From contig CM060733.1 of the NCBI GenBank assembly GCA_030704615.1, forward strand, positions 19,096,001 through 19,160,000: 64,000 nucleotides of DNA. Direction: 5' to 3'. Source of the stretch: Takakia lepidozioides (lineage: Eukaryota; Plantae; Bryophyta). The position numbers were made by a program, and so were the translations under genes. Below, piece after piece: positions 1 to 12,190 of this stretch. Every line of letters starts with the position of its first letter. The first letter of the stretch is position 1. The notes below the pieces were generated by a model. The model saw nothing but the letters and a program-made list of their open reading frames with translations, was not told where the DNA came from and made no database searches.

Positions 1-2527
1 ATAGTTTTTGAGGGAGGTCAAAAACAATTGTTCATCATTATCCAGGGTTGACTGAAATACATGCCTAATATTTGGAAATTACCTAGTTGAGGTGCCTAAA
101 TAATAAAAACGAATCTGCCTAATAATATACCATTTTTATTAATTATTAGGCGCGGAAGTGCCTAATAAGCTAGGTGAGTAGGATATATGTTTGCTCTGGA
201 CCGTGGATCTTCGCACTGGAAATGTTTATTATATGTTTGCAATGTTCCTTCAACCCACCTCCTTTGGCACTTCGATGGCTGTGAAATATCTCTGTCCTGC
301 GACCAAATGTATCGATCTGGTCTCTCTTTCGATAGCCTGCGGACGAAGATACAAACTTTTCTAGTCGTGTAACATTGAGACTCAGCTGGCATTCCAAATC
401 TTGACATCTGGCTCAGAAATTCGATGATACCTTTGAATTTAATATATTTTCCCAAGCAAGTTTTCCTATGCTTGCAGTGAGACTCCGATTGACGAAGACG
501 CAAATGATTTGAGAGACTCTTTGACTGCCATGAATGCTGATTGCGGGTACAATTGAAAGATAGCTTGCTCGTACACTTGCCTTGCTTGCTGGCACCAGCG
601 GTTTTTACTATTTAGCATCGTCATGCATTCTCGATACACGTCGATGCTGGCTGGCACTAGGTAGCCACTCCAGGACACTCTTCCTCTAACTAGTCACCAT
701 CCAATCGTCAGCAAGTTATGGCACAAGCACAGCTTCTTCAATGCAAACTTTATCGAGAGCTTTTTTTTTCCACTTGAAGGATTGACGATGCAGGAGGCAC
801 ATTTCTGTGGTTATGAGGCTAGCAGTTGGGAAAGTGACGGTTCGATCCATATGCTCCGAGTGTGAGAGAACTCTATGTAGAAATGTGCTCAATAACTCTG
901 ATGGCGACATGGTGAAGGTAGATGTTGCCAACAGGCAATTACATGTCAAATCGTAAGGCCTCCTGTCAGACTGCCGAAATGAAACTCTCATCTATCATCA
1001 TCAATGCAACATAGCTGCGCCCAGCCCCCGAGTGCAATTTTTTTTGTAAGAAAGACATGGTCTTTGCATGGCCGCAGGACCTATGCATTGCCGGCATCTC
1101 GTGTTGGGAAGAGGTGTCCGAGAGGAATGAGTTTGAATCAACTGGTATTTTGTTTATAAAGTTGCGATGCGATTGCCACAGTGAACTAATGATCCAGGGA
1201 AGCAAGCTTGTTGTACTCCATCTGCTGTGATGTGCATTGTGGAGAGGTGGGTGCCATAGAACTTCAGATGTCCAATACTTCCAAGTGTTCGCACGGAATT
1301 GATTAGCTAGCACCGGGAATAGAGACATCTGGAGGCCTGCCTGATGGCAGTCAAGGGAGTGTGACCATGCAGGTCGGCCATGGCTCCATGGGGATCCCAT
1401 CAAGCACCCAGCCGGCACATTATGGCATACATGGCGGTGGCGCCATGAAGGTCTTCGTCTATTGCACCATGGATGTTAGCTAACTATCGGCAGTGCGCAG
1501 GTTTCACCTGCTACATTTCTCCTCCCCCTGAGGTCAGCGCTCTTAATAAATTGCGTTTGCATCGCTCACCATGCTCTCCTGCATGAGCTAGAACCTGTCA
1601 TGCATGCTAGAAATCCATGTCTCCTACCGCTTCTCGAATTATGAATGCTAGGCCCAAAGTGCGAGATGGGTAGGAGACTCTACCAATGCAAGCCAAGTGT
1701 TAAGTATCTGTTATTAAGAGCCGGTAGTAGCATTTGTGAGAGCGGCCTGCCATCTGTTTCTCGCGGTGTGCCATCCAAGTTAGCCCCGAGTGCCTATTCT
1801 GAGATAGCCAATCTCTTACAGAGGTGTTGCACTACGACGATCAGAGATAATCCCTTGATCAATGTTGTAGTTTAAATGTGTTGGTGGGGACCCGCTCGCT
1901 TTCCTGTTTGGATTGCATTCTCTTGTCCCATACGCTCTTTGAGCTTTCTGCGGGACGTTATAAGGTGTTATTTCATTTCATTTCATTTCATTTAGAACGT
2001 TAGGACTTCTTGGAGCTTCCTGGTGGACGCTACAACATTTCATTGTTTCTCTACGTCTCTCCAGGGTCTTCCGAGTTCAGTCTTGGTTGTTTTAGTGCCT
2101 TTTATGTAAGTTATCTGCTCAAGTGCTTGCAAATCTGTAGCAATCCAGGTGGTCTTTATCACTCCCTGAGGCTCTTCCTCATTACATCTGTCATACTCGT
2201 TCTGTTGCATTATATGTTCTTACGATCTGTCCAAGATAATTGATTTAACAAGCGTCCCTGTCCCTCCTCAGCACCCATTGGAATTTTGACTTTCAAGAAC
2301 TCTACAGACTTTTCTTTGTTTCTCTACCTCTCCGGTCTTCGAAGTTCACTATTGGCAACGCTTCTATGCTCTCGCAATTTTTACTGTGATCCAGGTTTCT
2401 CAATTGCTGCTTCTTTTTCCCTCCTCAGCACCCATTGGTACTTCGACTTTCAGTGAAGTGGGGGTCTCAGAAATCAGTACCTAGAGAAGTGTGTGCAGGA
2501 AGACTAAGACAAAATCGACCCGCAAGC

Positions 2528-2872
2528 ATGTCGGGGGTTTGGGTGTTCAAGGGCGCAGTAAGTTCCAGGTTGGTGCCCAACCCACTCCAGGAGTGCGTGA
2601 ATGGCGTGGAGCTAGCAGGCCTGAGGCGTAAGGTTTTGGTGTATAGAGCCACCAATGAGACAGTTGAATCTTACGAGGTCCTGGAGGAGAAGTTTCTACA
2701 GCTTGGGTGGATTCCATACGATGATGGTGATAAGGGGCTGCGGCAGTACCACATCAGCTACTGCACCCCGCATCTCATCTCCTTGCCCCTTGAATTCGCA
2801 AATTTAAAGCCCAGGCACATGTACGACATTGTTGTTAAAACCCGATCTGCCTTTGAGGTGCGTGATGCCTGA
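2528..2872 (+). CDS. FPF1: Flowering-promoting factor 1-like protein (FPF1/FLP family), single exon, 114 aa
   Basis: ORF from ATG 2528: MSGVWVFK...RRKVLVY...LGW..Y...LISLP.EF..LKPRHMYDIVVK.R..FEVRD matches the FPF1 family along its whole length. Confidence 0.88.
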   Translation: MSGVWVFKGAVSSRLVPNPLQECVNGVELAGLRRKVLVYRATNETVESYEVLEEKFLQLGWIPYDDGDKGLRQYHISYCTPHLISLPLEFANLKPRHMYDIVVKTRSAFEVRDA

Positions 2873-4904
2873 TCATCATATCCCAGACTTCAGCCCATGA
2901 ACTCTGGTGCTATTAAAACTGATCAGTTTTTGGATGTACGTAAGCCTCTCGATTGATGTCCTTTCATATAGGTTGCATATGGTTTAAGCCATTTTCCGCC
3001 CACAGTGTTCCGCAAGATGCTAGACCATACTAGTAGTATTTACTTCTGTCCGCTGAACAGATTCTAGTAGATTGTACAGGATTCTGTCTGGCTCATGAAG
3101 GGGTTCCACCTTATCACTTGAGCTTTAGCTGCATTCAATCCAGGAAGATTACTAACACACAATGTTCAGTGTTAATAACAGTCACTTATTTTTCGGGACA
3201 GCCATTGTTGTGTTAGATAGAGCTCAGCATGCACATTGAGCAGACCTTTTAATATATATACAGGTTAAATCGTCACCACATGTACATACATTTGTTCTAC
3301 TTTCTACTTATCATGCATGCAGCAACTGGTAATCGCTGAGGCGATGATTTAGAGGCAGCAACGATACACTGTAGACTTCTGAGCGCCGGCGAAAGAATGC
3401 GACTTGGTTCATGTATCCAGCCCTCCCACAATTTTAGATTCCTTTTTATCGTTTCTGACATTCAAAGAATTTCCAAATCCCCAAGTGTAACTTTGAGGCA
3501 CTCGACGAAATCCTCGAATGGTTTCTTTTGAAGTTTAATGCAAGTACGCGTCTATGAACTATCGATGTGGCAGATCAGGCAGCTGTGATATGTATTGCTC
3601 AAGGATTGCCATCACAGTATGCCCTAGCTTTAGAGAAACTGTTACAAAATCAATTAGAGGAACTATTTAGTCGTTGTCGACCAAACACGGACATCAAGTC
3701 GGACTTCAGGCCGCTCATGTAACAGAGCCTTTCTGCTCCAAGATTTGTCAACTATACCTGATTGCTTCGGTATAGCTAACTCTACTTTCTCTTTGAGCTG
3801 GATCTTCTCTGCCCATTTTGGGTCTCTTTTGGGTGCAGAATTTTCGACACCCAGAACTTCATCTGAGCTTTGAGAACATCAGAGGTTTCTTCCTGAAGAA
3901 TCCTTACTTGATCTTACGGGGAGCAACTGCTCTGTAACTCTATCACTCACACTCGGAAGGCAATGATCAGAACATGCAGCTGCCATCAAAATTGACATGA
4001 AAAATCACATGCAGCCACACAAAATTGTCAACTGGTACCTTGCCATAACCAGGCTGATCCTGGGTTCAATCCCTAGCAAACTTTAACTCCAACTTCAAGG
4101 GTTTAAAATCTGCAAGTCTCCTCGCATGTTGTACATACAACAGAGGAATCCCAATTGGTGGCTTGAAAAGTAGTAGGCGAGCAAGCATGTTGGCTGCCAG
4201 AGTTAGTCAAACTGTACATTCTATTCACATATTGACTATCCACATGTCTGATCTGCAGATTATTTGAATGAGGATTCTGGCATGAGGATATTTGATTCCC
4301 GGGATCGAGATAGAGTGTAGCTCTATGCTCGCATCTATGGCAGAAAATCAATAACCGCCTATCGCAGTGCGACAGGACAACCATATACACATGAGCGGTG
4401 TGCGCAGGAAATGTCCACTTGTAAGCTGTTTCTTGGAAGGGGTTTCAGAAGAAAGAGACCGTTGCGCACAGTCCAGTGGATGGATTATGTGTCACCGCAG
4501 AATGTACATAGAAAACCCAGGACCACACTTGTAAGCAGGGCACCAATAGCTGCCTGCTGATTCAAGGTACATCGAAAATGTTGCCCACTCCACGCTTTGC
4601 CACTACCTGCTCAAAAACACCTAGAATTCTGTCAACCAAAAGAGTAGAACTTGACGACCGGCCAATCTACTTGTTTGAAAGTTGAAAGCTGCTTAGCTGA
4701 ACAATCCATTTCATCAGGAAGCCCCTCCGTAGCTGGAAGGCCTTGTTGTGTGCCGCTTGCTGAATCCATGAAATTGTGAAGGTAATTGCGAATCAAGAGA
4801 GCCTTTAAGCCTGCAATCCTTACGCTGTTAACCTGTTCCTTGGGAATTTAAATTGCCGCTACGTCTCAAAGCTTCTTAAGGACAAACCTGAAGTATTACC
4901 CAAG

Positions 4905-7900
4905 CTAGATTACTAAAGCGTCAGGCGATGCCACCACTGGGGAGCTCTCTGAGGAGGAGCTCTCGTCTCCGACATATGCATTGGGCCCACATTTCCGAAA
5001 CCTCAGCTGCGTATTGCTCCGCAGTGCATGACCCAAACTCTCCACCGCTTTGAACTCCTTTTGTATCACCAAGTCAATGCGGCGCTGCATTTTGTCAATG
5101 TTCTCCTGCACTCGGGCCAAGCGCTGCTGCATCACGTCCTCGATGCCATGCGCGCCATAGCGAGTCAGCAGCTCCTTCACTGTGTACATCAGCACCGCCA
5201 TCGATCCCCCTGCCCCCCTTCCCACTCTAAATCATCAAACTTGAAATTTGGGAGCTTCACCTAACTTAACTTGGATGACATGTCTATGCCCATTTTCGAG
5301 GAAGAAGGATTGTTTGAATGGAAAATCCCTAGGGTCTCACCTGTTTTGTCAAAACATCACAATGTGGCCCTCTCTTGGAGGCCACCTCATCCACTCCCTG
5401 TGCCTGTGGGGGTCCCTTAAACAGTTTGGGGCCAACTATGCAGGTTTGGGCAGCTGGGTCAGCCCAATGCTGCAGCCTAAAACCCAAAAAAGCTGCTTTG
5501 AATTACTTCAAAGATGCATAGCAAATCTTGCTTTGATCTGCCGGCGACATGGTAAGGGTTGTTGGAAAGTTGAGATTCAGGGCTACATTTTGTTTTTGAA
5601 AGTTACCTTAATCAGAGGAAAGCACAAAAAGTTAGAGGAAAGTAAGGTTGGACCCATTTCCGGTCACTTGTGCTTGAAGGGATAACAAGTGAGTTGCTGA
5701 TCAACATTATTTATGCCAAAATTCCAGACACATTCAACACCAGGGATGGCCATCATAGAAAGAGAGCTCTCACCTATGAGCCCAATTGCATGTGTGCGAT
5801 CAGAAGCAAAGTAGAGCATTGAAACGCACAGCGCGATCGGGATAGCCATCAGAGCTGTTAGCCATCCACTCACCCAGCTCAAGTTGGTGTTAGGGTGTCT
5901 ATTATCAATACAATATGGTGACTCTGGATGTTGTCTCAAAGTTCTGAGGCCCTACTCTGTAGGCCACCAGTATTGTACTCATAAGACGTTGTTTGCCGTA
6001 GCCTTGTGGCCATTGACCCCGCACCCAGTTTGAGCGGGAACAAAAGGGACAGAACCTACCTCTGTCAGGGGCTGACGTTGGTAGTGTGACTTACCATCAT
6101 ATATAGAATTAATCCGGGTTTTCCAGATATCCTCTAGAAATCCCTTCACACAAGCATCAATCTGCTGTGTGTGATTTGCCCAAAAACTAGGCCTCAGGAG
6201 GGCCTGGGCTTTTGGCTCAGCCTCGAGACTTTCAAAGTTGTTAAACAGGGGTACAGGCACAATTCCCTTGATAGAATTGAAGAGAGCGTCTCTTTGGTGA
6301 GAGAACCCCGGACAGTGTATCAGAAAGTGAATACTGTCTTCAGATTGCCCACACAGCGGGCAATTGCACTCTCCCTTTCCTCTCTGCTTCTGTTTGCTGT
6401 TCAAAGGTAGGCTTCCTGCCCTGAGTTTAAATTTCAGTCTAGTGCCGAGAGTGGGTAGACCCTTGAGGTCATTCAAAATGTCCTCCCCCATGTCACTGAC
6501 TGGAAACAAGTTCAGGGACCAGTAAACTAGAGAGAAAAACAGGAAGGGAGGGCTGTGAGGTATTTTTCAATTGTGCCTCAGGGACCATCTCTGACTCATG
6601 CCAGAAGGATCTCACATAGAACTTCAGTGTTTACCTGTAAGTTAAAAGACCTCAAACATACACTAGTAAAAACAAAAAAAATAGAGCAGAGTGATCAAAC
6701 AAGAGCGGAGATGACTGACATCACCACATCATAGCTGCAGACAAACCATGCTGGGAAGAGGTCGAACCTGGAAGCGTTATATTTCCAAGGGGAATTTGAA
6801 ATGGGCGGAAAGCGTCAGGTTCTGTGTAACGTAGTTGTATCAGTGCACCAAGCTTGAGTAGAGTTGACAATGCATAAAAAAACATGTCCGCCTTCCAGAG
6901 GGTGTCCATCAAATACAATACATACATGGTTTCAGCAGAGTTCAAATCAATTGTTCCTCTTAAAATTAGCTACTTTCTTCACCTTATGACCCATTATCTG
7001 TGGAGAAGAGAGGAGACAGGAGGTACCCACAGAGAAATACAGAACAGAGAAATACATTGCAGGGAGAGAGATTTGCAACCAGTTGTACACAACCCGGGAA
7101 GAGATTCAAGGAGATGAAGAGAGGCAAATCATGGGCAAGATGTGAGAGCAACCTCAGCAAGGTGATAGAAATTGAAGAAACAGAGCACAAACGTGCATAA
7201 CGAGGCGACCAGAATAGCTGCCCAGGGTGTGCCATAGACTGGGTGCAGATACGTGAACCCATGATAGGCCTGCCCACCCACAAGCTCACTGTCATCTTCA
7301 CCTTCCTGGTTTCCTCTATCTCACTGATCATCAGAAGGAGATCCTCCTCAGCTCAAAAGCAGGTTCTATTCCCTCCTCAATGTATCAAGGACGGAATACC
7401 ATGTTTCTAACTTTATATGGCTCATAGCGCACACGATCCGGCTACCCAGCACTGCCTTATATTGGGTTGGAATTCTAGTTTCATGCAATGGCACATTCCA
7501 GAACATGTCATCCACTCACCTATATTTCTGTTTGTCAGCTCCAATCAGACTGTTACTATTCATGTAATCAATGTTACAAATCAACACATGTACTGGGACG
7601 AGGCCAGCCAAACTTCACACAACAACAGTGCAAAGGAGCCTGCTACTGGAGATTTGAAAGTGACTAACATAAGCCAGGTTAATTGATGGATTGTAAAGCT
7701 TGTAATAAATGGCAAGGTAAGAGGATTGGAGAACTGCAGACTTGGTTGTAGTTCAATCCTTTCCTTAGTGGTCATGTTGAACTTACAAGCCTGACATGTA
7801 GACAAGATCTGCATAAATTGCAGAGGCATCCTATATCCGGTGTCAAGGCTATGGCAAGGGTAAGGTGAGAGAACAAAGTTATACTTGGTCAACTTGGGCC

Positions 7901-10811
7901 ATGCCAAAAATAATGCGCGAATTTATGCAGAGGCGGGTGAGCAGCAGGCCCAATGCACTCAATGCTGCTGAGAACCCCATCCATCCCTGTCATTCCATCC
8001 CACCCTCCTTTCACCACATTACATCTCAGCCAGCTATGCCACTACTATTGTCATTAGCGAAAGCTCTCTTGGGTCTTTCCCATCCCAGAAACCACAATTA
8101 ATGTTCGAGCGATTGTCTAAGGGTGAAGGCCTCGTGTAGGTAGGCTGCCAAGCATTTTTGATCCTCATAGTTTAAGACCATTGAGAGTTTGGGTTCCACT
8201 GAATAAACAGTGGAATCTCCCACGGATATGCTCGTAGTATAGAGGGCAGTAGAAGAAGTGTTCTTCAGTTTCAATTTCCTTGCTGTGCCCTATGCAAGCT
8301 GGAGGAAGAAAGAATGAATGAATGCAGATAACATTGAGAGAGAATGAGACATATAATCTAAGAAACACAAAAGAAATTTTATGCGGACTACAGTTACACT
8401 GACATGTGGCAAAGTTAAGTTCAAACACATAGCCTTACAGCTCCTTTACTTATAGTATCTTCCAAGTACACCATCAGACATACATCTAATCACCCAAGAC
8501 ACATGCTACCTTTTGGCACTGTAAGACTCCCAATAACAAGATGGTGCTATCGTAGGCCTGTTGCAGCTCTACCCATTTACTTGTGAGACGCAGATATGAG
8601 ACTAAACAGACCGCGACAAAGCATGATAGTACGAGAAACCTGAAGAAAGTGCCCACCAATTCCCTTCGCCATGCTGATGTACGTTCCATTCTTCCACCTG
8701 GATAGTCAGGAATCAAACTGATGCCTATAAGCATGGGCAAGCTGTACACAGCTAGATAAAGTAACCAGTATTTTTCAGTGCCCGCGGAATGAGGTCCTGG
8801 ATACCTCACCTCAGCAGCACATGTCCCAGCCGCATCCAACCTGCTTCCCAAATGCCATTAGTTAGCTGGACATTATCCGTCCACCTGTACACATCTCCCA
8901 CGCCTCCCTTATCTCTACACATTCCTTCCAACCCCACCCCCACAACACACACCCACACACACCCACAACCAAAACACCAGCAATGGTAGAAATTAGAATG
9001 CAATTCCCTCTAAAGAATGCACACTACAACACCTTGAGCACTCGGAATTTTCAAAAGTGATGGTGAGGTCTACAAAAATATAATGGAGTCATTTGTATAG
9101 AACAGAGATACTGACTTTGAGACCCCATATTTTGTGTTTTCTTGAAAGGAGCATCAAATTAAGTCAGAGAAAGGCCTGTATAAAGATTTAGGAGAAGTCA
9201 TGTGTTAAGGAGAGAGAAACAGAGAAAGAGACCCTGAAGTATTCCAAAGAAGTACAGTGATGAACTTGCCCCAATCAACAGCAGGGGGAATTGGTGCATC
9301 CATCCAGCTAAAGTTGAGATAGAAGATGCCCATTATGCACATGATTAGAAATGGTGCTAACACCATCAGTGCCAGTACAATTGATGCTGTTCCTGCAGGA
9401 TTGTGGGACATGTTGAAAGTTAGTTCAACCCTTTCCCCATATCCTCCTACCCTCCTGCCTCTAGTTCTTTTTCAATGTTTTCCTGCATATGAATTGACTC
9501 GTTTTTGCTTCTCTCTCTCCAGCCGCCTTGTACCTATTTCTCTAGCTTTTCCATCTTTCTTCATGCTTCCTTCATGCTTCATGATGCTCTTTCACGGACC
9601 TAACATGGTGCTAAAAAAACTGGAAACTTTTCTCAAGGCTAGGCATGAAAAGAGTAAGGTTGCAGACAGGGGGAGGTGCGAGAAACTTTCTTAGACAAGG
9701 CAACAGTGATTACTTTTACTTAAAGAATAACTATGAGCACAGGAGACAGTTCCCTGAAAGAAATCTCTGAGAAATGATCAAGCTTTATGTGAACCTTCCC
9801 AGAAATCCTGCTATGGTTAAGTGAGGAGGGGAGCTGCTCTGACAGGTTTTGGTCACGGAGTTTAAATGCAGTTACAAACATCCAACTCACCCACAAATCC
9901 AACACCAAGAATGTTGAGAACAGTGACAAGGAGCAACATAAGCACTTTCAAGAACACGCTCCAACCATACGAAATCATCTCATTGTCATTGTCATTATCG
10001 ATAAGGGCGGACAAATAGTCAATAAATAGAACTGGGTACATGGCATTGTCCAACACACAGCAGACAGTCGCAAAGACGCTGTTGATGAAAGACCAGAAGG
10101 GCCCAAATGCACGGTATATCCATAAAACGTGCCCACCGCTCTCGGGTATCATACACGAGAGCTCTGCGGTCATCAGCGCCAGTGGCGCCGACCACAAGAA
10201 TGGAAAAAGCAAGATCCCTACAACCAGCAGCGGACCCCCTGCTTTCACCGAGCCTTCGAATCCAAATGGACCCTGCAACCAAGAAAGGTCCACTTACTTT
10301 CTGGACATGAGTAAACTGCATCATGAACAAGTCACCCAAGTTCATTTCGGTAGCTTTGCCCACTACAAACAACTCTCAACAACATGACGTTTCCAACCTG
10401 GTCTGTTGTCGTGACTGGTGCCAGTGTATCGCCACAATTCCTTCGTGCTGTCCAGAAGTATGACTTACTACACTCCAGACGTATGTCTGAACCATGTAAT
10501 CATACTCCAGACCTCGTTTGTCTGGTGGAAATCTGCACTTTTAGGTCCTCGCTACATATCCCTCTCGTCCTCCTCCTCTCCACCCACCCCCCTCGTCCCT
10601 TTCAGTGATTTGAGGTTGTCCATCGGTCTCGCAACCACACAACATGTGAAGAGGTGACAGAATTCTGCGGTGAGCTTACAAGTGAATCAGCTAAGAGTTA
10701 AAAAAGGAAATGGGAATGAGCGCTTACAGCAGCAACAGCAAAAAACGAAATGCCAACGAGCTGCCGGGTGCTTAGAAGATTTTTGTCCGAATATTGAGCT
10801 TGGCTTGCCAT
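4905..10811 (-). CDS. APC-superfamily polyamine/amino-acid transporter (PUT/LAT-like), about 9 exons, with apparent frameshift(s) in internal exons
   Basis: Exons read by eye: 10811-10728 (..FFAVAA), 10272-9891 (GPFGFEGSVKAGGP..AELSCMIPESGGHVLWIYRAFGPFW..LDNAMYPVLF), 9392-~9233 (VDWGKFITVLLWN), 8840-8640, ~7988-7885, ~7670-7600, ~6910-6785 (LRYTEPDAFRPFQIPLG), ~5870-5774, 5209-4905. GT/AG borders seen at most junctions. A frame change is needed near 8700. Confidence 0.75.
5971..6490 (-). mobile_element. 5'-truncated non-LTR retrotransposon (LINE) 3' end inside a transporter intron
   Basis: ORF 5979-6509 has the LINE ORF2 C-terminal Cys/His motif (CPLCGQSEDSIHFLIHCP..IWKTR). Related sequence recurs at 31345-31885 and 51020-51170. 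Confidence 0.75.
8170..8295 (-). mobile_element. Short degenerate LINE ORF2 C-terminal fragment
   Basis: Intronic; translation EIETEEHFFYCPLYYEHIRGRFHCLF resembles the E-x-x-H-x-x-x-x-C-P-x-Y-x-x-I-R LINE tail motif. Confidence 0.45.
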
Positions 10812-12190
10812 GGCCCCCTTGTACCGGCCTAGGTTGGCCAGTGGCGTCCCCTCACCCAGACCTGCAACAGTCCCCTGTGCAACCCCCTCCAGGTGGTCCT
10901 GCTGGGAAGGCCCACCGGACTCTGGCCACTCATAGCTTTCACTTCCCTGCAACGTAGCCTGAGGCTCCTGATCTCCTGCAATCCGAGTAAACCATCTATG
11001 TTGGCTCACACCGTAACAGCGTGAAATTAGCTTTTCGATGGTCTCCGTTGTCTTCCTTATCAGCCGCAGTCTGCGAGATGGCTGCACTTCCATTTCGCTA
11101 TCCGCAATCACCTAGGGGTTTAACTGCGTTTCTTTCTATTTCCAAACTTCATCTGCATTGAGGTGGCAAAGGAGGACCGCTCATAAAAATGTCTCGAGAA
11201 CTGTCCTGCTAAGACCTATGTTTCCTGCATAGCAACCCCTCTCTTTCAGACCTCAAGTTTTTGTTGCTATTCTCCACCTTTGAATAGGTCGATGTGCAGT
11301 AAGCTCAAAATGCCTCTTGGGTGAGAAACTCAATTAGAAGGTCTCAGATGTTGTCTTATCAATCGTGGTCACTTCTGGAGTCGTATCGTCTGCAGCTCTG
11401 GGGTGACCTCTTTCTTGAGCTCTCCTTTAAGGGCTTCCTACACGGGTAGACGGATTCTCTTCTTGATGATCAGCTCTTATAAATGGATCATCGTCCAACA
11501 ATCTGGTTCATAAAATACCCATGTAACAAGGCACGAATGTCCTTAGAGAGTTGCATGATGCAGAGATTTTCTTCCAGGTTGCGAGCAAGGCGGTTATGAG
11601 CTACTGGTCTGTTATGCACCTCAAAATTAGCCCGTATGTGTCCTCACAGCAGAGATGCTCCATTCCTGAACTACTAGCTTCAGAGAGACCAAGAGCGAGG
11701 AGGTGGGTAGGCACGGCGGAAGGCAGTTATAGTAGGCGAGCTGCCATGAAAGCTCAACGTAACTTCATGGGCTTCGGAAAGCGTTGCCACATGCACACTG
11801 TCGTTACACTAATAAGCTACCCTATAGCCCCCCAACTCTTCAACTTTCGGAGTCACGTATGTTTATTTGAAATAGGGCGGCACTGCTGACGCCCGAGTCA
11901 AACTGTCGATTGGTGTATTTGGCATGGAGATACACCCAATCACAACCCAATGCGTGCTTTCTGATATCTGTTGCGTAAGGTTACAGAGTGGAAAGAACTT
12001 GCAATGTTTCAAATGGCAATAGCTGGGTCATCCTGCTGGCATTTAGAGTTTTGCGGTGGTTACCTTCTTGTACTCAATAAGGCACAGGGGAAGTAGCTCG
12101 ATGAGAGACGATGGTGATCTGATGGGCGGCAGGTTGTCTTGTCACCCTTTGTAGATTCGAAGAGGTAGAGGAGAAAACTGCCACGGGAAG

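Noticed and set aside
162-1450. Cluster of short minus-strand ORFs
   Set aside because: No coherent family or splice model; possibly decayed coding sequence.
4905-5225. Stand-alone 106-aa coiled-coil gene
   Set aside because: Better explained as the last exon of the transporter: an in-frame splice 5774>5209 completes the final TM helix.
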